Made by a program: the position numbers and the translations under genes. Shown here in pieces: positions 1 through 8,960 of a DNA stretch of 64,000 nucleotides. Every line of letters starts with the position of its first letter. The first letter of the stretch is position 1. Under the pieces are notes generated by a model. That model searched no databases. It was given only the letters and a program-made list of their open reading frames with translations, and had not been told where the DNA came from. This stretch comes from an uncultured delta proteobacterium. Its GTDB lineage: Bacteria > Myxococcota_A > UBA9160 > SMWR01. The DNA lies in the NCBI GenBank assembly GCA_963832165.1, contig CAWHTE010000011.1, positions 608,001 through 672,000 on the forward strand, in the 5' to 3' direction.

Positions 1-324
1 CTGGCGACGGGCGGTCCGCCGTCCCAGGGCAGCGGCGAGGCCGTTTCACCGGAGGTGCTCGCGTGGCACGCGCGCGTGCGGCAGAGGATGAAGGGGATCT
101 GGATCGTGCCGCCGGGCTTCCGCACGCAGTCGCTGCTCACGCGCGTGATCGTGACGCTCGACGCTACTGGCAACATCGTCGGGAACCCGAAGATCGTCCA
201 GAAATCCGGGAATCCCTGGTACGACGACAGCGTGGTGCGCGGACTGGCCAAGGCGAGCCCGCTGCCGCCGCCCCCCGAAGCCGGAGATTGGCCGATGAAC
301 TTCAAGCCGGAGGACAGCCTGTGA
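1..324 (+). CDS. tolA: TolA/TonB C-terminal domain protein (5' part outside window)
   Basis: Frame open from base 1; TonB_C-like KSGNPWYDDSVVRGLAKASPLPPPP; stop overlaps the tolB start (GTGA). Confidence 0.75.
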   Translation: MATGGPPSQGSGEAVSPEVLAWHARVRQRMKGIWIVPPGFRTQSLLTRVIVTLDATGNIVGNPKIVQKSGNPWYDDSVVRGLAKASPLPPPPEAGDWPMNFKPEDSL

Positions 325-1646
325 AGCGCGCGATCGCCGCCTGCGCCCTGCTCGGAATCGCGAGCGCGGCGGTATCGGCTGCGGCCGAGGACCGCGCGGC
401 CGTGGTGATCACGCCGGGCGGCCAGAAGACCTATCGAATCGCCGTGCAGCGGTTCGCCGACGATCCGGCCAAGCCCAACGCGAAGGTGGTCGACGACTTC
501 CGCGCCAAGGTGATGCGCGGGATCGAGTTCTCGAACGTGTTCACGAAGATCGAAGACAGCGCATTCCTGGGGCCCGTGACGACGCCTCCCGGGCGCGAGG
601 ACGCGCAGCTCGAATGCCCGAACTGGTCGCAGATCGGCGCCGACGCGCTGCTCGAAGGCGAGCTCGAGCGCACGGCGGAAGGCGTCGGGATTTCGTTCCG
701 TATCTGGGATCCGACGCAGTGCAAGCGCCTGATGCGGCGCCGCTATCAGCAGAGCGGAGCGAACCTCGACTCCACCGCGCGGCGGCTCGCCGACGACGTG
801 GTCGAGGCGTTCGTGGGCGTTCGCGGCGTGGCGAGCACCGAGATCGCGTTCGTGTCGGATCGCACTCGCGCCAAGGAGATCTACGTCATGAACGCGGACG
901 GCAGCGAAGCGCGCGCCGCCACCGCGAACCGCTCGATCAACGCCTTTCCGAACTGGTCGCCCGACGGAGACGCGATCCTCTACACCTCGTATCGCTACCT
1001 GCGACGCCCGTTCCTGTTCCTGTCGAGCCGCGGTGCGGGCAAGCCGGGCCGGCTGCTCGCGCGCCTGGGCGATGCGCGCGCGCAGTACCGCGGTGTGTTC
1101 GCGCCCGATCACGAGCGCATGGCGCTCGTGATGAGCGACGGAGAGGTGAGCCACATCTACACGGTCGCGCTCGACGGGCGCAACCTGCGCCGACTCACGA
1201 GCGGCCGCGCGATCGACGTCTCGCCGACGTTCTCGCCCGACGGCAAGCGCATTGCGTTCGTCTCGGATCGCACCGGCGCGCCGCAGATCTACATGATGGA
1301 CACGAGCGGCGGAAACGTGCGGCGCCTCACCTACGACGGCTCCTACAACACCAATCCGAGCTGGTCGCCCGACGGACTCTGGATCGCCTACGAGACGCGC
1401 GTGAACGGCCAGTTCGACATCTGGCTGATCGATCCCGAGGGCGTCACCAACGTTCCGCTCGAGACACATCCGCGCAGCGACGAGGGGCCGAGCTGGGCAC
1501 CCAACTCGCGCATGCTGGTGTTCAGCTCGACGCGGCGCGGTCTCGCGGATCTCTACGTGATCGACCGCGACGGATCGAACCTGCGGCGCATCACCGCCGC
1601 CGCGGGCAACAACACGAGCCCCGCGTGGGGCCCGTACACGCGCTGA
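321..1646 (+). CDS. tolB: Tol-Pal beta-propeller protein TolB
   Basis: Signal peptide from GTG 321; repeated PD40 motifs (PNWSPDG, PTFSPDGKRIAFVSDR, PSWSPDG). Confidence 0.92.
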   Translation: MKRAIAACALLGIASAAVSAAAEDRAAVVITPGGQKTYRIAVQRFADDPAKPNAKVVDDFRAKVMRGIEFSNVFTKIEDSAFLGPVTTPPGREDAQLECPNWSQIGADALLEGELERTAEGVGISFRIWDPTQCKRLMRRRYQQSGANLDSTARRLADDVVEAFVGVRGVASTEIAFVSDRTRAKEIYVMNADGSEARAATANRSINAFPNWSPDGDAILYTSYRYLRRPFLFLSSRGAGKPGRLLARLGDARAQYRGVFAPDHERMALVMSDGEVSHIYTVALDGRNLRRLTSGRAIDVSPTFSPDGKRIAFVSDRTGAPQIYMMDTSGGNVRRLTYDGSYNTNPSWSPDGLWIAYETRVNGQFDIWLIDPEGVTNVPLETHPRSDEGPSWAPNSRMLVFSSTRRGLADLYVIDRDGSNLRRITAAAGNNTSPAWGPYTR

Positions 1647-1656
1647 AGGGGGGAAT

Positions 1657-2379
1657 ATGCGCCGTGTGAAGTGGATCGGGTTGGCTGCGCTGGTCGCCGC
1701 GCTGGGCTGCGCGACGCCGGCCGACATGCGCAAGCTCCAGAGCCGCGTGTCCGCGCTCGAGCGCGGCGGCGGCAAGGGCGAGACCGGGCGCGGTCGGGTC
1801 GCCGAGCTCGGCACCGAAGTCGAAGAGCTCCGGCGCACCGTCGATGGGATGAACGGTCGCCTCGAGGAGATGGACCGCAAGGTCCAGCAGGCGCTCGAAG
1901 AAGCGAAAGCAGCGCGCAGCGAGGCCAACCAGGGAGCGAGCACTGCACCAGCACCCGGCGCGACCGCCGAGCCGGGCGCACCTTCGGGTGAGGTGGCGTC
2001 GCAGGAGGTGGAGGCGTACCGCGCCGCGCACGCCAAGTGGCGGTCGGGCGACGCGGCGGGTTGTGTTGACCTCTTTGGTAAGTTCTTGCAGACTTATCCG
2101 GCTTCGGAATACGCAGACGATGCGACCTATTGGCTCGCCGACTGTTACTTCAAACAGGGGAATTTCTCGGCCGCCGTTCTGCGGTTCGACGACGTTGCGC
2201 GGCAGTATCCGTCGAGCGACAAGGCCGCCGACGCGCTCTACCGACAGGGAGAAGCGTTGCTTCGCATGGGTCACGGCACGGCCGCGGGCAACGCATTCGA
2301 GAAGGTGCTGCGTGACTATCCCAACTCCGCGCGTGCACCCGAAGCGAAGCGCCAGCTCCAGCTGCTCGGGGCGGGCTGA
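1657..2379 (+). CDS. cpoB: Cell division coordinator CpoB/YbgF (coiled coil plus TPR), probable lipoprotein
   Basis: Lipobox-like ALGC, coiled coil, TPR motifs YPASEYADDATYWLA and YPSSDKAADALY; follows tolB. Confidence 0.88.
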   Translation: MRRVKWIGLAALVAALGCATPADMRKLQSRVSALERGGGKGETGRGRVAELGTEVEELRRTVDGMNGRLEEMDRKVQQALEEAKAARSEANQGASTAPAPGATAEPGAPSGEVASQEVEAYRAAHAKWRSGDAAGCVDLFGKFLQTYPASEYADDATYWLADCYFKQGNFSAAVLRFDDVARQYPSSDKAADALYRQGEALLRMGHGTAAGNAFEKVLRDYPNSARAPEAKRQLQLLGAG

Positions 2380-2448
2380 GCGCGTGCGAGTCGGGAGCTA
2401 TTCGGACACTGATTGGAGCGCCGGTATTCCGACGCGCGGAGGGCTGAG

Positions 2449-2811
2449 TTGAACAAGCGGGAACTGCAGCGGTTTCGCAAGTTGCTCATGGATCAACGCG
2501 AACTGATCCTCGGCAACGCCAAGCGCGCGTTGTCGGGCGACATCCACGTCGATCCGGACGACTTCCCCGACGAGATGGACATCGCGTCGTCGGAGGTGTC
2601 GCTGCAGTTCGCGGGGCGCCTGCGCGAGCGCGAGCAAGGGCTCCTGTCGAAGATCGACGCGGCGCTCGCGAAGATCGACCAGGGCGAATACGGCGACTGC
2701 GTGATGTGCGGCGAAGCGATCGGGCTCGCGCGTCTCAAGGCGCGCCCGGTGGCCGAGCTCTGCATCGAGTGCAAGTCGGAGCAGGAAAAGCTCGAGCGCC
2801 GTACCGGTTGA
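2449..2811 (+). CDS. dksA: DksA/TraR C4 zinc-finger protein
   Basis: DxxDxA (DEMDIA) and C4 finger CVMC...RLKARPVAELCIEC; TTG start after GGAGG. Confidence 0.88.
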   Translation: MNKRELQRFRKLLMDQRELILGNAKRALSGDIHVDPDDFPDEMDIASSEVSLQFAGRLREREQGLLSKIDAALAKIDQGEYGDCVMCGEAIGLARLKARPVAELCIECKSEQEKLERRTG

Positions 2812-2815
2812 GTTC

Positions 2816-3865
2816 GTGCCGCCCGCACCTCCGCATTGGGTGCTAGGCGTCGAGAGCTCGTGCGACGAGATGGCCGCGGCCGTCGTGCGCGACGGGCGCG
2901 AGATCGCGTCGAGCTGCGTGCGCGGGCAGGACGAGGTGCACCGCCCGTACGGCGGCGTCGTGCCCGAGCTCGCGTCGCGCGATCACGTGCGCGCGGTGCA
3001 CCAGGTGGTCGAGTCCGCGCTCGCCGAAGCGGGGATCCGCGCCGAGCAGCTCGGCGGCGTCGCCGTGACGGCGGGCCCCGGGCTCGTGGGCTCGCTGCTC
3101 GTGGGGCTCTCGTTCGGCAAGGCGCTCGCGTATCGGCTCGGCATTCCGCTCGTCGGCGTGCATCACCTCGCGGGGCACCTCGCGTCGGCCGAGCTCGCCG
3201 ATGCCGCGCTCGCGCCGCCCTATCTCGGCCTGGTCGTCTCGGGCGGCCACACCGCGCTCTACCGGATCGGCGCCGATGCGCCGCCGGCGCTGCTCGGCGA
3301 GACGCGCGACGACGCGGTCGGCGAGGCGTTCGACAAGGTCGCCGCACTGCTCGGTCTCGGCTTTCCGGGTGGGCCCGCCGTGGCGCGCGCGGCCGAAAGC
3401 GGAGACCCGCACGCGTTCGAGTTTCCGCGCCCGCTCGTCGATCGGCCCGGCTTCGATTTCTCCTACAGCGGCCTCAAGACCGCAGTGGCGACGCTGATCG
3501 AGCGCCGCGGAGCGCTCGGCGAACGCGAGCGCGCGGACGTCGCGGCCTCGTTCGAGCGCGCCGCGGTGGGGGTGCTCGTCGATCGCGCGTGCCAGGCCCT
3601 GCGCGCGACCGGGCTCGACCGGATCGCCGTGGTCGGTGGAGTCGCGGCGAACCGGCGCCTGCGCGAGGAGCTGCGCGCAGCGGGCGAGCGCGCGGGATTT
3701 TCTGCGGTGTTTCCGCCCGCGGCGCTGTGCACGGACAACGCGGCCATGATCGCCGCGGCAGGCGCTCGACTGCTCGCGCGCGGCGAGCACCACGGGACCG
3801 CGCTGAATGCCTACTCGCGCGCGCCGCTCGGCGATGCTCCCTGGAGCAAGGGCGAAGACCGATAA
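2816..3865 (+). CDS. tsaD: tRNA N6-adenosine threonylcarbamoyltransferase TsaD
   Basis: LGVESSCDE, YGGVVPELASRDH, HHLAGH, VSGGHT, DDAVGEAFDK, CTDNAAMIA. Confidence 0.96.
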   Translation: MPPAPPHWVLGVESSCDEMAAAVVRDGREIASSCVRGQDEVHRPYGGVVPELASRDHVRAVHQVVESALAEAGIRAEQLGGVAVTAGPGLVGSLLVGLSFGKALAYRLGIPLVGVHHLAGHLASAELADAALAPPYLGLVVSGGHTALYRIGADAPPALLGETRDDAVGEAFDKVAALLGLGFPGGPAVARAAESGDPHAFEFPRPLVDRPGFDFSYSGLKTAVATLIERRGALGERERADVAASFERAAVGVLVDRACQALRATGLDRIAVVGGVAANRRLREELRAAGERAGFSAVFPPAALCTDNAAMIAAAGARLLARGEHHGTALNAYSRAPLGDAPWSKGEDR

Positions 3866-3866
3866 G

Positions 3867-4712
3867 GTGGATACTCCCTCGATTCGCGAGATCCTCGCCC
3901 GCCACGGCCTCGCGCCGAGCCGCGAGCGCGGCCAGAACTTCCTCGTCGACGAGCGCGTCGCCGCCGAGCTCGTCGATCGCGCGGGGGTGGAGCCCGGCGA
4001 CTCGGTGATCGAGGTGGGCACCGGGCTCGGCATCCTGACGCGCGCGCTCGCGCAGCGCGCGGAACGCGTGCTCACGATCGAGGTCGACGCGGGCCTCGTG
4101 CGGGCGCTCGAGTCCGAGGCCCTCCTGCCCGCGAACGCGGAGCTGCGCCACGCCGATGCGCTCGCGCTCGACTGGCCCGGGCTCGTGCGCGAGCGCGCGG
4201 CCACGCGCGTGGTCGCGAACCTCCCGTACGCGATCTCGGCGCCGATCTTGCGCCTGCTGCTCGACCTGCGCGGCTCGCTGCGCGACTGGTCCGTGATGAT
4301 CCAGCGCGACGTGGCGGATCGGCTGCTCGCGGATCCGGGCAGCCGCAACTACTCGTCGCTCACCGTGCTCACGCGGTTGTGCGTCACGCTGCGCCGCGTG
4401 CGCGATCTGGCTCCGGGGCTGTTCTTCCCGGTTCCGAACGTGCGCTCGACCTTCGTGCGCGCGACGCCGCTCGCCGACGCCCCGATCGGCGCGGACGACC
4501 TCGCCTCGGTGGAGCGAGTGGTTCGGGGGGCATTCGGCCAGCGCCGCAAGACGCTCGCGAATGCGCTGCGCGGCGCGGGTTTCCGCGAGCCCGCTGCCGC
4601 TTGCGAGACGGTCGGGATCGACCCGCGCGCCCGCGCCGAGAGCCTGGAGCCCGAGGCGTTCCTGGCGCTCGCTCGCGCGCTGGCGCGCGTGCCAGTAGAC
4701 AACCGCCCTTGA
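3867..4712 (+). CDS. rsmA: 16S rRNA dimethyladenosine transferase RsmA/KsgA
   Basis: GQNFL, EVGTGLG, ANLPYAIS, AFGQRRKTLAN; GTG start at 3867 chosen. Confidence 0.95.
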   Translation: MDTPSIREILARHGLAPSRERGQNFLVDERVAAELVDRAGVEPGDSVIEVGTGLGILTRALAQRAERVLTIEVDAGLVRALESEALLPANAELRHADALALDWPGLVRERAATRVVANLPYAISAPILRLLLDLRGSLRDWSVMIQRDVADRLLADPGSRNYSSLTVLTRLCVTLRRVRDLAPGLFFPVPNVRSTFVRATPLADAPIGADDLASVERVVRGAFGQRRKTLANALRGAGFREPAAACETVGIDPRARAESLEPEAFLALARALARVPVDNRP

Positions 4713-4738
4713 CCGCCCGCGAAATCCGAGCCTAAACT
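4709..4738 (+). promoter_or_regulatory. Putative sigma70 promoter for the panBCD leader
   Basis: TTGACC (4709-4714), 18 bp spacer, TAAACT (4733-4738). Confidence 0.6.
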
Positions 4739-4794
4739 TCGGTCCAACTCGGAGGGGAATCGCAAGTCGCGATCCTCATCCTACGAGCCAAAAC

Positions 4795-5033
4795 CCCCCG
4801 TCCTGAGCGCAGAGCGCCAGGAAGACAGAAGACACGCCTAGCCCAGCCCAGTGCACGCTCGGATCCTCCTAGGACCGAGACGGGGGCAGTCAGCAGGCGA
4901 GCTCGCGCAAGCGGAGTCCCGGCGCACTTGAGCGGACTCTGCGAGTACGAGCACCGGCCGCGCCTCCGGAGTCACGTCCAACGGACGTGATCAGGAACTC
5001 CTTCCGGAAATCCCTCCGGATGGGACAGGCGCG
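4795..5033 (+). ncRNA. Structured cis-regulatory leader of panB; candidate pan RNA motif
   Basis: Several bulged hairpins, e.g. CTCGG-A-TCCT-cct-AGGA-CCGAG at 4858-4879, closed by CCCCCGT/ACGGGGG; the pan motif is known upstream of pantothenate genes in deltaproteobacteria; not checked with a covariance model. Confidence 0.5.
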
Positions 5034-5079
5034 TTGACCGTTTTCCGGTGCGAAGCGAAAGGCTGTTCGGAGGACCTCG

Positions 5080-5908
5080 ATGTCCACCGTCACCCTGAAA
5101 GCCGCACGCGAGCACCGCGTGACGGTCCCGTCCCTGCAAAAGCGCAAGGGCCGCGGCGAGCCGATCGCGATGCTCACCGCCTACGACTTCACGTTCGCGC
5201 GGATCTTCGACACGGCCGGAATCGACGTGCTGCTCGTGGGCGATTCGCTCGGCAACGTCGTGCAGGGCCACGACACCACGCTGCCCGTCACGCTCGAGGA
5301 GACCATCTACCACACGCGCCTGGTCTCGCGCGCGGCAGCGCGCGCGCTGGTCGTGGCGGACATGCCGTTCGGCAGCTTCCAGATCTCGCCCGAGGACGCG
5401 CTGCGCAACGCGGTGCGCTGCGTGAAGGAGGGCGGGGCGCACGCGGTCAAGCTCGAGGGCGGTGTGGTGATGGCCGCGACGATCGAGCGGATCGTCACCG
5501 CCGAGATCCCGGTGATGGGTCATGTCGGGCTCACGCCGCAGGCGGTGCACCGCATGGGCGGCCATCGCGTCCAGGGGCGCTCCGAGGACGGCGCGCAGCG
5601 CGTGCTCGAGGATGCGCGCGCAGTGGAGGCCGCCGGCGCGTTCGCGGTGGTGCTCGAAGGCCTGCCCGCCGACCTCGCGCGCGCGGTGACGCAGGAGCTC
5701 GTCGATTCCCACGATCGGGATCGGCGCGGGCGTCGACTGCGACGGTCAGGTGCTCGTGATGCACGACATGCTCGGGCTCTCCGACTGGACCCCGAGCTTC
5801 GCGAAGACCTATGCCGGACTGGGCGCACTGGTGGCCCAGGCCGCGCGCCACTTCGCGGACGAGGTGCGCGAGCGCAAGTTCCCCGATCCGGAGCACTCGT
5901 ACCGCTAG
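5080..5908 (+). pseudogene. panB: 3-methyl-2-oxobutanoate hydroxymethyltransferase PanB with one +1 frameshift near 5701 (possibly an assembly error)
   Basis: [28 protein letters not shown]; conserved C-terminus [22 protein letters not shown] continues in the shifted frame to TAG 5906-5908. Confidence 0.9.
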
Positions 5909-5912
5909 GTCG

Positions 5913-6017
5913 GCAAGTTTCGCGCAGCGAGCCGAAGGCGAGCGAAGACCATCAGCAAGTTTCGCGCAGCGAGCCGCAGGCGAGCGAAGACCATCAGGCA
6001 GGCGAGCGAATGACCAT
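5913..6017 (+). repeat. Tandem 42-bp REP-like repeat, 2 copies plus a partial third
   Basis: GCAAGTTTCGCGCAGCGAGCCG(A/C)AGGCGAGCGAAGACCATCA at 5913-5954 and 5955-5996; partial copy 5998-6017. Confidence 0.9.
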
Positions 6018-6912
6018 GGACCGCATCGACACCGTACGGGCTCTGCAAGCGCGCTCCGACGAGGAGCGTGCCGCGGGGCGCCGGATCGCGCTGGTGCCGA
6101 CGATGGGCGCGCTCCACGCCGGGCACGCGTCGCTGTTCAAGGTCGCGCGGCAGCGCGCCGACCGCGTCTGGGTCTCGATCTTCGTGAACCCGACCCAGTT
6201 CGATGATCCGCGCGACCTCGCCGCCTATCCGCGCACGCTCGCGGGCGATCTCGACCTGTGCCGCGACGCGGGCGTCGACGTCGTGTTCACGCCCGATGCG
6301 GCGCAGATGTATCCCGAGGGTGCGCAGACGATCGTCGAGGTGGGCGCACTCGCGGCGCCGCTGTGCGGCGCGGCGCGGCCGGGGCACTTCCGCGGCGTGG
6401 CCACGGTCGTGACCAAGCTGCTCGCGGCGGCCAAGCCACACGTCGCGGTGTTCGGCGAGAAGGACTTCCAGCAGCTCGCGGTGATCCGTCAGCTCGCGCG
6501 CGATCTCCTGCTCGACGTGGAGATCGTCGGCGCACCCACCCTGCGCGAGCCCGACGGGCTCGCGCTGTCGAGCCGCAACCGCCATCTCGACGTCGACGCT
6601 CGCCGTCAGGCGGTCGCGCTCGTGCGCGCGCTCGATGCCGCCGAGTCGGCGGTCGCCGCGGGTGAGCGCGACGCCGCGCTGATCCTCGCGCTCGTGCGCG
6701 CGGAGATCGCGGCCGCGCCGCGCGCGCGGATCGACTACGCCGAGCTGCGCGACCCGATCACGCTCGCGCCGGCTCCCGAGCAGCTCGCCGGTCCCGCGCT
6801 GCTCGCACTGGCTGTGTTCATGCGCCCGACGCGCGCCGACGGCAAGACGGTTCGATTGATCGACAACCGCGTACTGCAACCGCAGACGCGAGCTGGAGGA
6901 GCCTCCTCATGA
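6010..6912 (+). CDS. panC: Pantoate-beta-alanine ligase PanC
   Basis: [47 protein letters not shown]. Confidence 0.95.
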   Translation: MTMDRIDTVRALQARSDEERAAGRRIALVPTMGALHAGHASLFKVARQRADRVWVSIFVNPTQFDDPRDLAAYPRTLAGDLDLCRDAGVDVVFTPDAAQMYPEGAQTIVEVGALAAPLCGAARPGHFRGVATVVTKLLAAAKPHVAVFGEKDFQQLAVIRQLARDLLLDVEIVGAPTLREPDGLALSSRNRHLDVDARRQAVALVRALDAAESAVAAGERDAALILALVRAEIAAAPRARIDYAELRDPITLAPAPEQLAGPALLALAVFMRPTRADGKTVRLIDNRVLQPQTRAGGASS

Positions 6913-7292
6913 TGCGAACCATGCTCAAGTCCAAGATCCACCGCGCCACGGTCACCGAGGCGAACGTGGAGTACGAGGGCAGCATCACGATCGACGCCGA
7001 TCTGATCGAGGCAGCGGATCTCCTGCCCTACGAGCAGGTCGACGTGCTCGACATCACCAACGGCGCCCGGCTCTCGACCTACGTGATCGAAGGCGAGCGC
7101 GGATCGGGCGAGATCTGCATCAACGGCGCGGCCGCCCACCTGATCAAGCCGCACGACCTCGTGATCATCTGCAGCTACGTGCAGCTCGACGACGCGGAGT
7201 GTCGCGGCCACGAGGGCATTCGCGTGTTCGTCGACCGCGCCAACAGGGCGCGCGACATCGCCGGCCCATCGCCCGTGCTCGCGAACCACTGA
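6909..7292 (+). CDS. panD: Aspartate 1-decarboxylase PanD
   Basis: [18 protein letters not shown] autocleavage site, NGAAAH. Confidence 0.96.
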   Translation: MMRTMLKSKIHRATVTEANVEYEGSITIDADLIEAADLLPYEQVDVLDITNGARLSTYVIEGERGSGEICINGAAAHLIKPHDLVIICSYVQLDDAECRGHEGIRVFVDRANRARDIAGPSPVLANH

Positions 7293-7327
7293 TCGGGAGA
7301 CGGCGCGGCCCGCTAAGCTGTCGCGCC

Positions 7328-7807
7328 GTGGCCCGCCCGAAGTCGCAACAATCCGACGTCATCGCCACCAATCGCAAGGCGCACTTCGAGTACGAGATCC
7401 TCGAGACGCTCGAGGCCGGCATGGCACTCCTGGGCCCCGAGGTGAAGTCGCTGCGCGAGGGAAAGGCCAATCTCGCCGACGCCTACGCGATCGTGCGTCG
7501 CGGCGAAGCGCTGCTCCTGCACCTGCACATCTCGCCCTACGAGCAGGCCGGCCGCAACAACCCCGATCCGCGCCGCGACCGGCGCCTGCTCCTGCACAAG
7601 AGCGAGATCCGACGTCTGTCGGGCAAGCTCGCGGAACGCGGTTTCACGCTCGTGCCGTTGCGCCTGTACTGGAAAAATGGGCGCGCCAAGGTGGAGCTCG
7701 GGCTCGCGCGCGGGAAGCGCCGCCACGACAAGCGCGAGACGATCCGGCGCCGCGAGAGCGACCGCGAGCTCGCCCGAGCGATGCGCGCGAAGTCGCGGTC
7801 CAACTAA
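7328..7807 (+). CDS. smpB: SsrA-binding protein SmpB
   Basis: NRKAHFEY, EAGMALLGPEVKSLR, ARGKRRHDKRE. Confidence 0.96.
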   Translation: MARPKSQQSDVIATNRKAHFEYEILETLEAGMALLGPEVKSLREGKANLADAYAIVRRGEALLLHLHISPYEQAGRNNPDPRRDRRLLLHKSEIRRLSGKLAERGFTLVPLRLYWKNGRAKVELGLARGKRRHDKRETIRRRESDRELARAMRAKSRSN

Positions 7808-7894
7808 CGGGTGTTTCCCGCTGACAACGGGTTTCGCTACTGACAGAGTCTCAAGTAGCGGTACTACCGGACCGATTCGTGAGCCGGAGGGCCA

Positions 7895-8926
7895 GTGGTG
7901 CCCGACGATCTCGGACAGCCGATCGGAGCCGAGCGGAGCCGTGCGTTCGCACGCCTGCGGATCTCGAGCCTCCCGACGCGGCTGGTCGCGGTGGTATTCG
8001 CCGCTGCGATCGCGAGCGTGCTCGCGGACGGCGCCATCGATGCCGTGTTCTCGCCTGAGCTCGAGACGACGAGAAGCGCGTTCGGGATCAACCTCGGCAT
8101 CGTGCTCGCGTGCGGGGCGTTGGCGCTCGCGGGCGCGATCGCGATCGTACAGCCCTTGCGTGCGCTGTCCGAGATGGCCGATCGCATCGCGCGCGGCGAG
8201 ACCGACCTCGAGGTCGCGGAATTGTCGAACCGGGACGAGGTCGGCGTGTGTGCGCGCGCGCTGCGCGAGCTGCTCGTGCGCGCGCGCCGCAACCAGCTGG
8301 AGCTCCAGCGCAAGCAGGAGCAGATCGAGCGTGTGAACGCGGAGCTCACGCGCACGCGCGACGATCTCGCCCGCACCCAGGAGCTGCTCGATCAGGTCGC
8401 GTCCAGCGATGGACTCACGCGCCTGCCCAATCACCGCTACTTCCAGGACCGCCTGCGCATCGAGGCCAAGCGCGCCGATCGCAGCCGCGAGGCGCTCGCG
8501 CTGCTGCTGATCGATCTCGACGACTTCAAGTCGCTGAATGATCGCTTCGGACACGCCGCGGGCGACGAAGTGTTGCGCCGCGTCGCGACGATCCTGGGTC
8601 ACGAGGCGCGCGAGACCGATCTGCTCGCGCGCTACGGCGGTGATCAGTTCGCGTTGCTCGCTCCTCGCACCGACGCGAAGACCGCGGCGGTGCTCGCGGA
8701 GCGCATGCGCCAGGCGATCGGCGAGACGCACTTCCACGGTCTCGCTCCCCAGGCGCAGGAGGCGCTCGCGATCACGGCTTCCGTGGGCATCGCGCTGTAC
8801 CGCAGCGACGTCGCGCGCTTCGGCAACGAGGCCCACCGCGCGCTCCAGCAGGCCAAGCGCGAGGGCAAGGACCACACCGTCCTGTTCCCGTTCCCCGGGC
8901 TCGTGGCCCATCGGGAAGCGCACTAG
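7895..8926 (+). CDS. Membrane HAMP-GGDEF domain protein (GGDQF variant)
   Basis: Two hydrophobic helices, HAMP, coiled coil, DGLTRLPN, DLDDFKSLND, RETDLLARYGGDQF. Confidence 0.88.
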   Translation: MVPDDLGQPIGAERSRAFARLRISSLPTRLVAVVFAAAIASVLADGAIDAVFSPELETTRSAFGINLGIVLACGALALAGAIAIVQPLRALSEMADRIARGETDLEVAELSNRDEVGVCARALRELLVRARRNQLELQRKQEQIERVNAELTRTRDDLARTQELLDQVASSDGLTRLPNHRYFQDRLRIEAKRADRSREALALLLIDLDDFKSLNDRFGHAAGDEVLRRVATILGHEARETDLLARYGGDQFALLAPRTDAKTAAVLAERMRQAIGETHFHGLAPQAQEALAITASVGIALYRSDVARFGNEAHRALQQAKREGKDHTVLFPFPGLVAHREAH

Positions 8927-8960
8927 GATCCGACCTCCCGTTGCAGAGGAGGGTCGGCGC

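Noticed and set aside
4745..5079. RNase P RNA, 6S RNA, tRNA or a c-di-GMP riboswitch
   Set aside because: I could not find their hallmark sequences (e.g. GAGGAAAGTCC, a TTCGA T-loop with acceptor stem)
5913..6017. Possible CRISPR array (also the 14-bp repeats at 22400)
   Set aside because: Repeats are directly adjacent with no spacers, and there are no cas genes
5080..6912. 610-aa PanB-PanC fusion ORF
   Set aside because: The conserved PanB C-terminus is in another frame with its own stop at 5908; the fusion depends on one extra base near 5701
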